The notes: generated by a model not told the origin, from the letters alone. A DNA stretch of 64,000 nt from Octopus sinensis (GCF_006345805.1 NC_043007.1:65720001-65784000), one strand, 5' to 3'; shown: positions 1-15,769, counted from the stretch's first letter. Numbers and translations are program-made.

Positions 1-283
1 ATATATATGTGTGTGTGTGTGTGTGCGTTGTGTATATGTATATATATGTATGTAATTGTTCAGTTGTATTTCAAAAGTTATTGCCAATAAAGAAAGAGCC
101 GCTTTCTAACCTAGATTCAAGGTCCCTTCATTGGAATTCCAAGATCAACAACGATGTATTTTTGCTTGTATGTATGTATGTATGTATATGAGCAGATTTG
201 TATGTTTTGCTTTATGCATGTATTCTCATGCATATAGTTGCATATCTAGACATACTCATATATCGGGTTATGTTTAGGCGTGT

Positions 284-383
284 TTGCTCAATAAACACTC
301 CACAATGCCCGGTCTGGGAATTGAAACCGCGTTCTTACGACCGCGAGTCCACTACCCTAACCACGGGGCCATTGCGCCTCCAC
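284..383 (-). mobile_element. 5' tRNA-like head of SINE family D (GGAGGCGCAATGG-headed)
   Basis: Reverse complement reads gtggaggcgcaatggccccgtggttagggtagtggactcgcggtcgtaagaacgcggtttcaattcccagaccgggc, matching the heads at 4008 and 52045. Confidence 0.8.
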
Positions 384-430
384 TGTTGCTGTTGTTGTTT
401 GGGGCTGCGAGGCTATTGATGGTATTGACG

Positions 431-846
431 GCGGCGAGCTGGCAGAAACGTTACCACGCCGGGCGAAATGCGTAGCCGTATTTCGTCTGCCGTTACGTTC
501 TGAGTTCAATTTCCGCCGAGGTCGACTTTGCCTTTCATCCTTTCGCGGTCGATAAATTAAGTACCAGTTACGCAGTGGGGTCGATATAATCGACTTAATC
601 CGTCTGTCTGTCCTTTTTTGTCTCCTCTGTGTTTAGCCCCTTGCGGGTAGTAAAGAAATAGGTATTTCGTCTGCCACCACGTTCTGAGTTCAAATTCCGC
701 CGAGGTTGACTTTGCCTTTCATCCTTTCGGGGTCGATAAATTATGTACCAGTTACGCACTGGAGTCGATATAATCGACTTAATCCGTTTGTCTGTCCTTG
801 TTTGTCCTCTCTGTGTTTAGCCTTTACTGTGAGAAGTAAAGAAATA
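431..846 (+). mobile_element. SINE family A, head-to-tail dimer (full monomer plus 5'-truncated monomer)
   Basis: ggcggcgagctggcagaa head, B-box-like gttcaa(a/t)ttcc, tail gtaaagaaatagg; body restarts at 663 (tatttcgtctgcc). Confidence 0.85.
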
Positions 847-929
847 GCTATTGATGGCATCGGTGCTGGTATGTGAGTGGTGTCCTTTAATAGTAGTGTT
901 GTATGGTTGTGCTTATTGGTGTTTGTTGT

Positions 930-1925
930 AACAAGGAAGGGGATGATAGTTTTGGTAATGACGATGATGGTGTAATGGTAGTAGTAGTAGTAGTTGTTGT
1001 AGTTGTAGTAGTTGTAATAGTAGTTGTTGTTGTTGTTGGTGGCAGCGGCGATTGTTGTGATTACTCTGATGACGACGACTATGATGATGATGATGATGAC
1101 CATGATAGAGATGATGGTGATAATGAGGAAGGTGGTGATGGTGGTGGTGATGATGCTGATGATGAAAGTGTTGGTGCTGATGACAACGACGACAACGACG
1201 ATGATAGTGAGGATGATGATGGTGGTGGTGGTTTAGTGATGATGAGGATGGTGATGTGATTTAATAGTTATGTTCGCCGAGATTAATGACCGAGGGTGGA
1301 GCGAGCCGGGTAGTTGGTGCCACTATTGACATGGGATGCGTGGTGGCTGATAGTCACGAAAGATGACACTGCGTAATGGATGGTACGTTGGGCGAGATGG
1401 TGGTTGTAGTGGTAGTGAACATGGCTGAGCTGGTGATCGCGGTGCCCGCGTAATTATAGTGGTGGTAGTGATGGTGGTGGTGGTGGTAGTAGTAGTAGTA
1501 GTAGTGATGGTGGTAGTGGTAGTGGTATTTGGGGTATTGGCGGTGGTAGTGGTGGTGGAAGTGTTTGCGGCAGTGGTGGTTTTGTTAGTATTGGTTGTAG
1601 TAGTGGTAGTGGTTGAAGTGTTGGTGTTGGTAATGGTGGTGGTGGTATTATTTGTGGTAGTGTTGGTGGTGGTGCAGGCTGTGGTACTGGTAGTAGTGAT
1701 AGTGGTGGTGGCGGTGGTGGTGGTTGTGGTGGTGGTGGTGGTGGTGTGGTGGTGGTGGTGGTGGTGGTGGTGGTGGTGGTGGTGGTGGTTGGTGGTGGTG
1801 GTGGTGGTGTGTGGTGGTGGTGGTGGGGTGGTGGTGGTGGTGGTGGTGGTGGTGGTGGTGGTGGTGGTGGTGGTAGCGGTAGTGGTGGTGGTCGTGGCGG
1901 CGGTGGTAGTCGAGTGGTGGTAATT
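930..1925. repeat. Mosaic triplet microsatellite (GAT/GTA/GTT/GGT), ending in a long (GGT)n run
   Basis: Direct reading; produces the spurious poly-V/G/W/D ORFs. Confidence 0.95.
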
Positions 1926-2385
1926 CTAGTGATAATTAGCAGGGAACAAAGTTAGAGGTCATATAGTTTCAGAAGAGTTTAAATATTTTCTGCCTTCTTT
2001 AACAGCCATTCTACTCGCTTCAATCGATCCATGCATGACCATCACTGCATTTTATTACCTGGCTAAGGATCACGGTAAAATACGTAAATGAATGAGAACA
2101 AAGTTAATGAATATTAGTGAGTAATTACAAATCTTAATTAGGCATTAGCTCATCTCCGAAATGAAATTTTTTTTTTTACTACGGAGTCTGCTTAAAGGCA
2201 TAATCTGGTTAATTGCATAACCTGAAAATTACTAAATCGCTTGCCATAGGTTGTGACTGTGTGACTGAAAAGTTCGCTTCGTAACCACATCGTTTCGGGT
2301 TCACTTCCCGAATGTCACCTACTATAAGCCCTGTACCGACCAATGCTTTGTAAGTGAATTTGATTGACGGAAACTGAGTAGAAAG

Positions 2386-2616
2386 GCGGTGAGCTGGCAG
2401 AAATGTTAGTACGCCGGGCGAAATGCTTTGCAGTATTTCGTCTGTCTTTACGTTCTGAGTTCAAATTCCGCCGAGGTCGACTTTGCTTTTCATCCTTTCG
2501 GGGTCGATAAATAAAGTACCAGTTACGCACTAATGATCGAAGTAATCGACTTAATCCCTTTGTCTGTCCTTGTTTGTCCCCTCTATGTGTAGCCCCTTGT
2601 GGGCAGTAAAGAAATA
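2386..2616 (+). mobile_element. SINE family A inserted into a family B SINE, 17-bp TSD
   Basis: ggaaactgagtagaaag at 2369-2385 and 2617-2633; upstream 2245-2368 is a family B head. Confidence 0.85.
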
Positions 2617-2635
2617 GGAAACTGAGTAGAAAGCG

Positions 2636-2887
<252 letters not shown>

Positions 2888-4007
2888 TTTCCCGTTGTTA
2901 GACGACGTATGAAAGTTCTGCAATTTCTTGCTGAACAAACATAATTGATTTGTTTATAGTGATCAAATGTTTGCGGTCACATATGCATATTCTCGCCATC
3001 AGATCGACATTACCGGTACAGGTGCGCGACGAACCACATGATGTCAGATGACGGAATGATCACTGAGCAACAGGAAATGAAGTGTTTTGCACAAGAACAC
3101 ACTGCAATACCCATTCTGCGAATCGAAACCACGCTCACGCAATTGTGAGTACAGCATCCTAACCACTAAACCATGCATTTTCACACACATACACACACAC
3201 ACACATATAGTCATGTGTATGTATATGTCTGCTTAGGTGCGTCTATGTATCTTTGTGTTTGTGCTTGACCCCTTCCATCTACAGAATCGCTTGAAAATTA
3301 ATATTGCTTTATTGTTTACGTCTCGAAACTTAGCAGTTCAGTCAAATAAACCGACAGAACAAGTAATATACTTAAAGTAAATACTGTGGTCAATTTGTTT
3401 GACTAAACACTAAACGTACAAGGCGTTGATCCATCATGGCTGTAGTCAAATGTCAGACACAGTTAAAAGGCTGTAATTTGTATTAATTGTATAATATTTC
3501 CTCCTCCCTATTTACACTATAATAATTAGTCGTATGTAAGCATAGCACTGAACATTTATTTGATTTCATATGAATAATGTGTATCCAGATATTTTAAGTA
3601 ATCGGTGTCAAAAAAGTCAAATATATTCAAATAATTTGTTAATACTTCCAGGACGTAAAGACTGTTGAAGATCAGATTCCGGGCTATAATTAATTGTGCA
3701 ATAAAATTCTTTAATAAATGAATCTTTATTTGTATTTGAAAAAAAAACAAAAAAAGCGAAAAGCAAAAAAAAAAACATGATGTAGAAGAATCAAACAATG
3801 AATGACCGCTATTTGTATTGTTTCCACAAACGATTCAAATTGCTCGTAATTGGTCCATTTAAATTGTTATTAATCCGTATGACCTTTGTTTTTATATCTT
3901 TGATCAACACGGACGTAAAGAGGGGTGTTTTAGTAAAAACAACAACGTCAACGACCGCAACGACGACGACGACGGCGACCACGATGATGACGACGACAAC
4001 AACAACA

Positions 4008-4195
4008 GTGGAGGCGCAATGGCCCAATGGTTAGGGCAGCGGACTTGCGGTCGTAAGAACTTGGTTTCGGTTCCCAGACCGGGCATTGTGAGTGTTTATT
4101 GAGCAATAACACTTAAGCTCCACGAGGCTCCGGCGGGAGGGGGTGAACCCTGCTGTACTCTTTCACCACAACTTTCTCTCGCTCTTTGTTTCTAT
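4008..4195 (+). mobile_element. SINE family D, 5' half
   Basis: Aligns with the first ~180 nt of the full copy at 52045-52427. Confidence 0.8.
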
Positions 4196-4589
4196 TTCTG
4201 TCACAAAGCAGAGGAACCATGGTGTAACCCACTATGGTGCGGTAAACTTTCAGACCCTAGTCTAGATTATGAATCCTCTGTACCCCAGGATGGTTCAGCT
4301 TTCCACCCGTCAAAAGTCACCGATTATAGAATGAGGATAACAACGTAGCTTTGTGCCTAATGACATGAGTCCTGATTGGAAGAAGAAGAAGAAGAAGAAG
4401 AAGAAGAAGAAGAAGAACAACAACAACAATGACAACAACAACAATGACAACAACAACAACAGTAGTAACAGCAATGGCAGTTGACCATGTAGAATAATAT
4501 GGATATAAAGAAGACATTGTGAGTAAGCAATATCAAACATATAGGTAGGACCAATAAATATTTAGTAATAATAATAATAACAATAATAA

Positions 4590-4779
4590 TCGTTTCGAAA
4601 TTTGCCACAAGAGCAGCATTTTTGTGGGAAGGGATAAGTCGATTACATCGACCCCAGCGTTTCACTGGTACTTAATTTGTCGACCCCGAAAGGATTAAAG
4701 GCAAAGTCGAACTCTGCGGCATTTGAGCTCGGAACATAAGGACAAGCGAAATACTGTTAAGCGATTTGTCTGGTATGCT

Positions 4780-4815
<36 letters not shown>

Positions 4816-5487
4816 CATGATGATAATCCTTTGTACTATAGGCACAAAGCCCGAAATTTGGGGGAGGGGAACATTCGATTACATCGACCCAGTGCATAAC
4901 TGGTACTTATTTCATCGACCTCGAAAGGATGAAAAGCAAAGTCGACCTCGGCGGAATTCGAACTGAGAACATAAAGACGGACGAAATGCTGCTAAGCATT
5001 TTGCTCGGCGTGCTAACAACAACAGCAATAATAATTATTTCAAATTCTTGCCACAAGGGCAGCTTGGGGGACATAGGCATGAGTCGATTACATTGACCCC
5101 AGTGTTCAACTGGTACTTATTTTATCGAATCTGAAATGATGAAAGGCAAAGTCGACCTCTGCAGGATTCGCACACAGAACGTAGCGACGGGAGAAACGCC
5201 GCTAAGCATTTCATCCAGTGTGCAAACGATTCTGCCAGCTCACCGCCTTAACAACAACAACAATAATAATGGTTTCAAATTTTGCCACAAGGGCAGCAGT
5301 TTTGGAAAAGGGGATAAGTCAACTGGTACTTATTTTAACGTGTTCATCTGGTACTTATTTTAACGAACCCGAAATGATGAAAGGCAAAGTCGACCTCAAC
5401 GGAATTTGAACTCAGAATGTAGCGACGGGCGAAATACCGTTAAGCATTTCGTCCAGCGTGCTAACGATTCTGCCAGCCCGCCGCTGC
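4590..5487 (-). mobile_element. Chain of four family C SINEs (head/body shared with family A, different 3' end) separated by (AAC)n/(AAT)n
   Basis: Four repeats of tgg(c/t)ac(a/t)a..g....gtcgattacatcgacc..ctggtactta..gaaaggatgaaaggcaaagtcgacctc..ggaatttgaactcagaac at about 4592, 4835, 5045 and 5275. Confidence 0.85.
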
Positions 5488-6062
5488 CTGAAGTGATTAA
5501 TATTAAATTTTGGTACAAGTACTATTTTACATTTTCTAGAACCAACCATTTCTAGTCTTTAGCATTTTTACTTCAACAAAATGTAAGATAAAAATATTGT
5601 TGACTGATCAATTACAAGACAGGAATATAAAAATATTTCTGTATTAAGAAGTGTTTTCAGGTATCTGCCATCTCAAAGAATTTTCCAAATCATATATTCC
5701 ATAAGGTGATGACTGAATGTGTTCGGTAAGAATCACGAAAAAATTTATTTGTACTGCAAACCACAGAAATCTCTTAGAAGAATATGACTACGTTTTTTTC
5801 TTTTCTTTTTTATAATCGAGATTAATCTCCGAACGAAAAGAAGATACATATTTGTATATTTGTATATTTGTTGTATACATGTAGAATACATATTTCTATA
5901 TTTTTCATTTGTCATATGAGGGACACACACAAACATGCACGCACACACACACACACACTAACACACACAGACACTCAGACACAGACACAGACACACACAC
6001 ACCACACACACACACACGCGCGCGCGCGCGCGCGAACACACTCTCTCTCTCACACACATATA

Positions 6063-6282
6063 CAGTAATCCCTCGACTATCGCGGGTGTTACGTTCCAAA
6101 ATCCCCCTCGATAGGTGAAAATCCGTGAATTAGAAGCAGTACTATACTGTATGTTTTTTTCTTATTTTTATAATTTGTACATACTTATTTTATTATAAAT
6201 GCAAAGCAAAACCACAGAGGATCGACGTAAGCTTAAATAATAAACCGCGATAAGTGAACCACGATATGGCGAGGGATTACTG
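6063..6282. mobile_element. pogo/Tigger-type MITE
   Basis: TIRs cagtaatccctcg / cgagggattactg with TA on both sides; second copy at 29919-30155. Confidence 0.85.
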
Positions 6283-6367
6283 TATATATTTTTTGCAAAA
6301 TTACCACGGGCACTATATACTTGTTCTTCCCTTCAGCTGTATTATTATTCTTATTTTAGTGTCCTTC

Positions 6368-6410
6368 GTCAGAAATCTTTCGTCACACTTCCTTTGACCT
6401 CTTCGGTGAC
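6368..6410 (-). ncRNA. Degenerate minimal type I hammerhead-like motif
   Basis: Minus strand GUCA-CCGAAGA-G-GUCA(aaggaagug)UGAC-GAAA-GAUU-UC-UGAC; stems I and II pair, but U4 is C and there is one extra G. Confidence 0.45.
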
Positions 6411-6439
6411 TCTCCCTCCCATGTGTGTCCTCCTGTCCT

Positions 6440-6500
6440 GTTTAGACCATATACACATATGTATGTATGTATGCATGTATGTATGTATATATGTATGCAT

Positions 6501-6541
<41 letters not shown>

Positions 6542-6542
6542 G

Positions 6543-6573
<31 letters not shown>

Positions 6574-6617
6574 ATGTGTATATATATATATATATACACA
6601 CATACAAACACACATAC

Positions 6618-6663
<46 letters not shown>

Positions 6664-6665
6664 GC
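6440..6665. repeat. (TA)n/(TG)n/(CA)n microsatellite
   Basis: Direct reading. Confidence 0.95.
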
Positions 6666-7379
6666 TTCCTTTTCCTGAGCGCCTATTAATAATAATACTG
6701 TAATTGTTCCATTGTTGTTGTTTTTTTTTGTTTCCCGTTTGGATTAAAATTATATATATATATATGTATATTGATTAGGTGGAGGCAAAGAGAAATGAAT
6801 TATACAAAAATAAAAGAGACTAAAAAATAGTTTCTGGTTGAGATCGAACATCTGGGTACTTGTTGATGCTTTGACCACGTTGGCAAGAACCATAATACAA
6901 TTCCAGCAGCATAATAACAGTCAAATTCCTATTGCAAACTTCCCACTTTTACACGCCTCGTAACCCGGATATTTGTTTCCTGTGATCAAATAAATAAGTT
7001 TCGGTCGATTTCGTTCGTATCCCTTGTTCCTGGAGACGGAAATCCTACTAAGTAATTATAGAAGTCAATAAAATTAGTAGATTAACGAGTTGATGATTTT
7101 CAATGACATAAACAATTTAAAACAAGCCAACACACTGCAGCTTCTTGCGTGACTAATCAATCGTTTAGATATCGCTGGTAAATTTTCCTTAAATCGCACG
7201 ACTTAAAAACCGTATAGAAAAGGTACATTCAATAATGGAGTCATTGATCAGTGATGATGAACTTATGACAGACCTGTCGACGGTGGCACGCCCGAGTTTT
7301 CAAAAGGCAGTTTTGGATTTGCACTTCGAAAAAATTTCTCTGCAATATCATACCACAAAATATTATCTACAAGTATAAG

Positions 7380-7675
7380 AGGCTTGTACAGTATTAAGCC
7401 ACAGGCGTTGGTAAGGTCCAGCCACAGCATAGCTAGCTTCCTTTTTAAACTGTCATTCTTCCTTCATGAGCTGTGTCATTACACCTATGTGTCAAGACAT
7501 TCAGGTACTTGGGACCTGCCCGCCACGGCTGCCGCCAGGAGTCTATTGGCTGACTCCATAAGTTGGCTGGGATCATCCAGCCTAGGCAGCGAAATTATTT
7601 TCCCACGAGAGTTCCGGATCCCAGGAAAGTACTCATTTGCATACAGCCAATCAGAGTTCATCTTCACCTTGTGAA
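7380..7675 (-). mobile_element. HERO-like (RLE-type non-LTR retrotransposon) relic with an RT fragment
   Basis: With two frameshifts reads VPECL..HIGVMTQLMKE..LAMLWLDLTNACGLILYK, matching the GVPGCLEH.GV.TQLI.EA....LAVLWLDL.NAYGSIPH RT segment as recalled for HERO/NeSL-type elements. Confidence 0.7.
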
Positions 7676-8479
7676 GTTAAATGTTGGTAATCAAAATGGT
7701 GACATCTGATTATCATGCGATTCTTATATTGTGCTCTCATACAGATGCCAATATCGATACTGAACACATATGCTTGTAAGCGGTAGGTTTGAATTGCAAT
7801 AGCAATCAAAGACAATGTTTTGGACGAATATTAAAGTACGGAAATTGCTTGAAGGTTTTACAAATACACTGTTGTAAATACCCTGAAAAATACCGCCGAG
7901 GTCGACTTTACCTTTCGAGGTCGATAAATCAAGTACCAGTTGCGCACTGAGGTCAATCTAATCGACTGGTCCCCCACCCCCACCAAAAAATTTCGGGCCT
8001 TGTGTCTTGAGTAGAAAAGAATATTTATAAACAACGTGTTATGTCTCTGGTAATTTTATTTCATGTAAGTAAATCTTATTTAGCTGAAATTTTTAGTACA
8101 CTTTACAACCACCAGTGTTTAATGGAAAAGCAATAAACAACACGTTACGTGCGATAAACATATTACAATTTTTAACAGAAATATTTAGAAGAATTAGATG
8201 AAAGTTCTCCGGTGATTTTCTTTCATGTAAATAAATGTTTATGTTAATCTAAAAGAGGAAAACAGTTTTAAATCTCCGAGCAAGATGTTGGCAAATAAAC
8301 TTTAATTTAAAAGATTTAGCCAAAAAAATTTATTTAACTGTTATTTTTAGCACACCTCACAGCTATCTGAATGCTCAATGACAAAAAGAAGCAAACATTA
8401 ACCTAGTCAGAGAAGTTGCTGCCTGCCAGTAGAAAGGAAAAGAATGCACGGTGCTGACTAGAAAGGAAGAAAGCATAAA

Positions 8480-8930
8480 GATGGCTCTGCTCTGATATGC
8501 AAATGAGTTCATTACTAGGATCCGAAACTCTCGTGGGAAAAATATCGCGCCCAGGCAGGCTCTAATTTCTAAAGGCATAAGAGTAGCATCACCTTCACAA
8601 AAATGTTGTCCAAATATTACAAGAAACTGCCTGGAGAAATGAGGAATGTCAGGTGGAAGTTATGGCCACCATCATAGTGAACTTTTGTGGCTGAGCGTTT
8701 TGGGACAGAAGCAACAAGCAAATGCAATCAGCCTATATGCAATGAAGAATTTAGTGTCTCAGGAAATAACTTAAGTTGTTTAGGAAGCAGGGGACTTTGA
8801 AGAAGCTGGCATATTAGATCTTTGGGCAATACTCAGGTAGGAGATCCTGGCACTGACGAAAGCAGAGAACTAAAGGAGACAAAGAAAAAAGAGAGCATGT
8901 ATGAAAGACGCATCTCTGGCCAACCTCTGA
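8480..8930 (+). mobile_element. HERO-like ORF N-terminal region relic
   Basis: MATIIVNF/AERFGTE and LWAILR*EILALTKAEN*RRQRKKRA resemble the pre-RT helical region of HERO ORFs; shares a ~60-nt block with the inverted fragment at 7590-7650. Confidence 0.55.
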
Positions 8931-9129
8931 AAGCAATTCGTCGGTTAGAAGGGGATCGGTTAATTTAGCTCTTCAAAGAACGCTTTAATGAGCTCTTGAC
9001 GAGTGTTCGAAGCACCAGTGAGAGAGATCAACCACTGGACTATGCAACACACTTATAACATCATCATAATCATACATGTACTTAACACGAAATAACATAT
9101 AATATAACATGATATAACATAATATATAT

Positions 9130-11520
<2,391 letters not shown>

Positions 11521-12029
11521 GCACATATACATTTCCAAATCCTACAAGCAAACTGTTTCCGTTTCTTAGCAGAAATTGTCTTATCTGATCCCTGCAGAAA
11601 AGGGTCATAAGTGCTAAACCCTGCAAAAAAGGAATTACTAACAATTACATCTTGCCTAATGTACTCCTGTTATCTGATCTGTTTGATTTCTGCAATAGTG
11701 GTCTGTGGAAGGAAATGAATCAGAACGCATGTCGCCGGTGCACCTGCATGCATGTCTGCATGCAGCAAGGAATATTTTGTTGATGTGCACCCATGCAAAC
11801 ATATGCCTCTTCCCTTGTTTACTCAGCTGGAAAGAGCGAACGAAGTATTAGATACACAGAGAAAGATGCAAGGAAGGAGGAGGAGGGTGAGGAGGAGGAG
11901 GAGGAAGGGGAGGTGGGGAAAGATTTTGAAGGAGGATAGAGGAGAGAGAAGTGAAGGGGAGGAGGGGAGAAATACAGAGAAAATTGCCGAGTGATAGATT
12001 TGAATATGGTGGGATGTATATATAACTGC

Positions 12030-12089
<60 letters not shown>

Positions 12090-12196
12090 GATAGACAAGA
12101 TAAGACAAGGAGATATAAGTAGATTGATAAATGATAGAGGTTGTAGATAGGTGAATAGATTCTGTATTTATATCATTAAATGTATAGTTAAGCAGA

Positions 12197-12264
<68 letters not shown>

Positions 12265-12294
12265 TATATGATAGATATATATAGATAGATAGAT

Positions 12295-12338
<44 letters not shown>

Positions 12339-12447
12339 GAGGTAGAAAAGAAGATGCATTGGCATAAAATTTCATTGAAAGCAGATTTGTTGATCAATAG
12401 TTAGATTTATGTATGCATATATACGCATATCACAAGTTTATGTGTGT

Positions 12448-12487
<40 letters not shown>

Positions 12488-12619
12488 CTAACTACCCATT
12501 TATATATACGTTTTATATGTAGCTGTCTACCCATTTATATATATTTATAAAGCGTAGATGGCTAGATAGCTAGAAAATGCGTCTATAGAATTGATAGAGG
12601 CCTAATTAGATAGCTGGGC

Positions 12620-12684
<65 letters not shown>

Positions 12685-12687
12685 TAT

Positions 12688-12744
<57 letters not shown>

Positions 12745-12745
12745 A
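12030..12745. repeat. Three (GATA)n arrays interleaved with (TA)n
   Basis: Direct reading. Confidence 0.95.
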
Positions 12746-15549
12746 ACAGATTACTGATATGACAGTCAAATAGACTGTTAGAAAGGTAGAGATAAAGACA
12801 GAGAAAGAGGTGAAGTAGAAAAAGAGTAAAAGAGAGATAGAGAGACCGTCGGTGATATAGCTGGATAAAAAAAGCCAATAAGATGAAAGGTTAATAATAA
12901 ATAATGGCAACCTTGTTCAGTAGAGGGGAGAGGAGGGGTATTTAGTGAGTGGAGACAATTGATTGTAACAACCGGAAGTAATTCTGTTGGAATAGCTGAG
13001 TACATCGTTGTGGTGGGCGGAGGCGTGAGGAGTATACATACACACACATATATACACATACGCAAATGAATACTTAAACACACACGCACACACACACGTA
13101 CAGAGAGTAAAGAGAAACAGAGAGTAAGCGTGAAAGGTAGAGAGAAGGAAGCCTGAGGAAGAGATAGCTAGGATATAGCGTTGGGATACAGGAGAGACAA
13201 TTAAAACGATGGCGAGGAGGACATTGAAAAACAAAAGGTAATACAAGAAAATGAAGTGAAAAGAGAAATAACGTGATCGAGATAAGCAAGAGAGAAAGAG
13301 TGTGACACACATACGCGCACGCACGCACACTCACATATACTTATATATACATACCCACGCACACGTTCACACACACACACATACACATTTAGTATACTGT
13401 TCGTTAGAATACGGCATGAGTTCATCTAACTGATGTTGGAACATGTTTCATCAAAGTTTGAAACGAGTCGTTAATAATTTGGGAACAAATTTTCTCTAAA
13501 GTCAAAGAATCTTGTGAATCGTAAAGTGTTTACAGATTTTCACTTATGTGTGGGAATCCCAAGATTTGTTATCTATCTCTACACACGTACTTCAAATTTA
13601 AAATTTTCTTTGTTTATGAGACCTAGATGTCTTATCAATGAAACATATGCTATTTTGCCTTACATGTCGCGTTGGGATAATCTCGACTCAGTCATACGCT
13701 TTACGAGATAGTTGTATGTGAATTGTACTTTGGTCACGAGACTTTCTATTTTGCACAATTTGCATCGATCCAGAGTGCTGCGAGTTTTGTGAAAGAAACG
13801 TGCGAATGGCTTGCATGCAGCATGTAAGTTAAGTTATGAAAGGCCTGTGTTTGTCTCCTGTATGGTGGCTGATCTTACAATGTATCTGGAAGTGCAATAT
13901 GCTTTTTTAAAAATTAGACTGACTCTCTAACAACATAATTATTGCGTTACAAAGCGTGTATGCTTATGTTTACATGACGAGAGATCAAAAACCCAGCGGT
14001 AAGCTCCCTATGTAGAACAGCATTTTTATTCTCTTCTACAAAAGAAACATTAGATAATCAAAACCACAAAATGTGGCAAACAATAATCAACAATGACTAT
14101 TCTATCAATGTAACTGTGTAGGTCGTACAACAATATGAGCACAAATACAACGAGAGTCAATACTATCAAATACTACACTTATTAAAAATACACAAACTAA
14201 ACATAAACAATATTATAGGAATCAAACGCATATTAGCTATACAATAGATGAACATATCAAAATCCCCATAAAACAGAACATAGAATACACCACACCAAAC
14301 CAAAACTAACACTAATAATCTGCTAAAGAAACAATAAATTTAAAAACACTATTAATAACAAACCACAAACGTGTGAGCTCGTGAACGAGTTACTAATGAC
14401 CAATAAGGTTCATAATTTCGATTATAAACGTGCAAGCTGTAAACTTCGCGATTGCAATCAATTATATTAGCTTTATAAATGCGAAACTCTCTGCCAGTTC
14501 ACCATGCCTTTGCAACAAGAAGCAATAGCAATGTGCTAACAACGCAAAAACATAACTCGATAGGAAAACAGTAAATAACACTTTTTTTACTCTACAAATT
14601 TCCGTATAAAAATAGACATACTATACCAATAACGCGGTGCAATATTGTAAATAAACACACATAAAACATACACTAGTGATGATCAATGTAAACACTTGAT
14701 CGATGATGTATAAATCTAACGGTCAATATGCAAATCTCGGTGGAAATAATTCTAGCAATATGATTGGCTCCATATACTATAAAGAGGCAGCAACACACAT
14801 CATTAGCAATTCATATTGAAGATGATGCTATGAAAATCCAGCAATTGTGATGATAAATTTAGAAATCTTACGGTTCCAAACAAACTGCAAGTGATCAAAT
14901 ATTTAGTCATAGCTATAAGCTATATTGTGTGGCTTTTTAAAATTTTTCTAGTACATTGTATTTATTTTTATTTTTTAGTCTCATTTTTTATCTTGGTACT
15001 TTTTCATTATCACACCACTGAACATATTCTGAGAATTTATTGTTGTAAGCTGCAACCTCTTCGAAAGCTATCCGCATCTTTCTCTAACATCGTATCTCTC
15101 CATCTGGGATTTATAAAAAAAAAAAAATTTTGCATGCTTTTTCACATGTCGTTGTTTGGTGGACATAGTTGTTTAAAACTATAGATACAACGTTGGGAAC
15201 TAAGGCAAGTTGCCTCTATGATCTCCCTATTACAGTGAACATTTGATACTATTTCAACATGTTTATAAATTTTGCTCTATCTTCTATATCCCCACCACCA
15301 CCTTAGTATATTCAACAGACTAATCTCTTTTATTAAGCCAGTATTTTGTTCCATATCACTTTTGCAAATGGACCTGAAAAAATGAATAGTTGAACCTCCA
15401 TGTGATATCATATGGATTTACATAAGTTGTATGTATAACCTATCATATTGTTTGATGTAAAAAGAAATTTTATTAACTATTGAAACGATCGTAGCTCATA
15501 ACAAATTTAATACTGTCATCTTCATGACTTTCTTTCATCTCACTCCCTG

Positions 15550-15638
<89 letters not shown>

Positions 15639-15723
15639 TATGTATATATATAAATATATATATATATGCATTTATAGCTATGTATATATATATATACATA
15701 TATGTATACACACACACACACAC

Positions 15724-15769
<46 letters not shown>

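Noticed and set aside
3651-3720. Possible terminal exon (ccag/DVKTVEDQIPGYN* then AATAAA)
   Set aside because: Only 13 codons, no recognisable homology, no upstream exon; signals are common in AT-rich DNA.
8279-8296. 14-nt match to miR-31/72 (gcaagatgttggca)
   Set aside because: 5' end mismatched and no complementary arm for a precursor hairpin.
13771-13830. Possible small exon bounded by ccag and gtaagt
   Set aside because: No identifiable peptide or partner exons.
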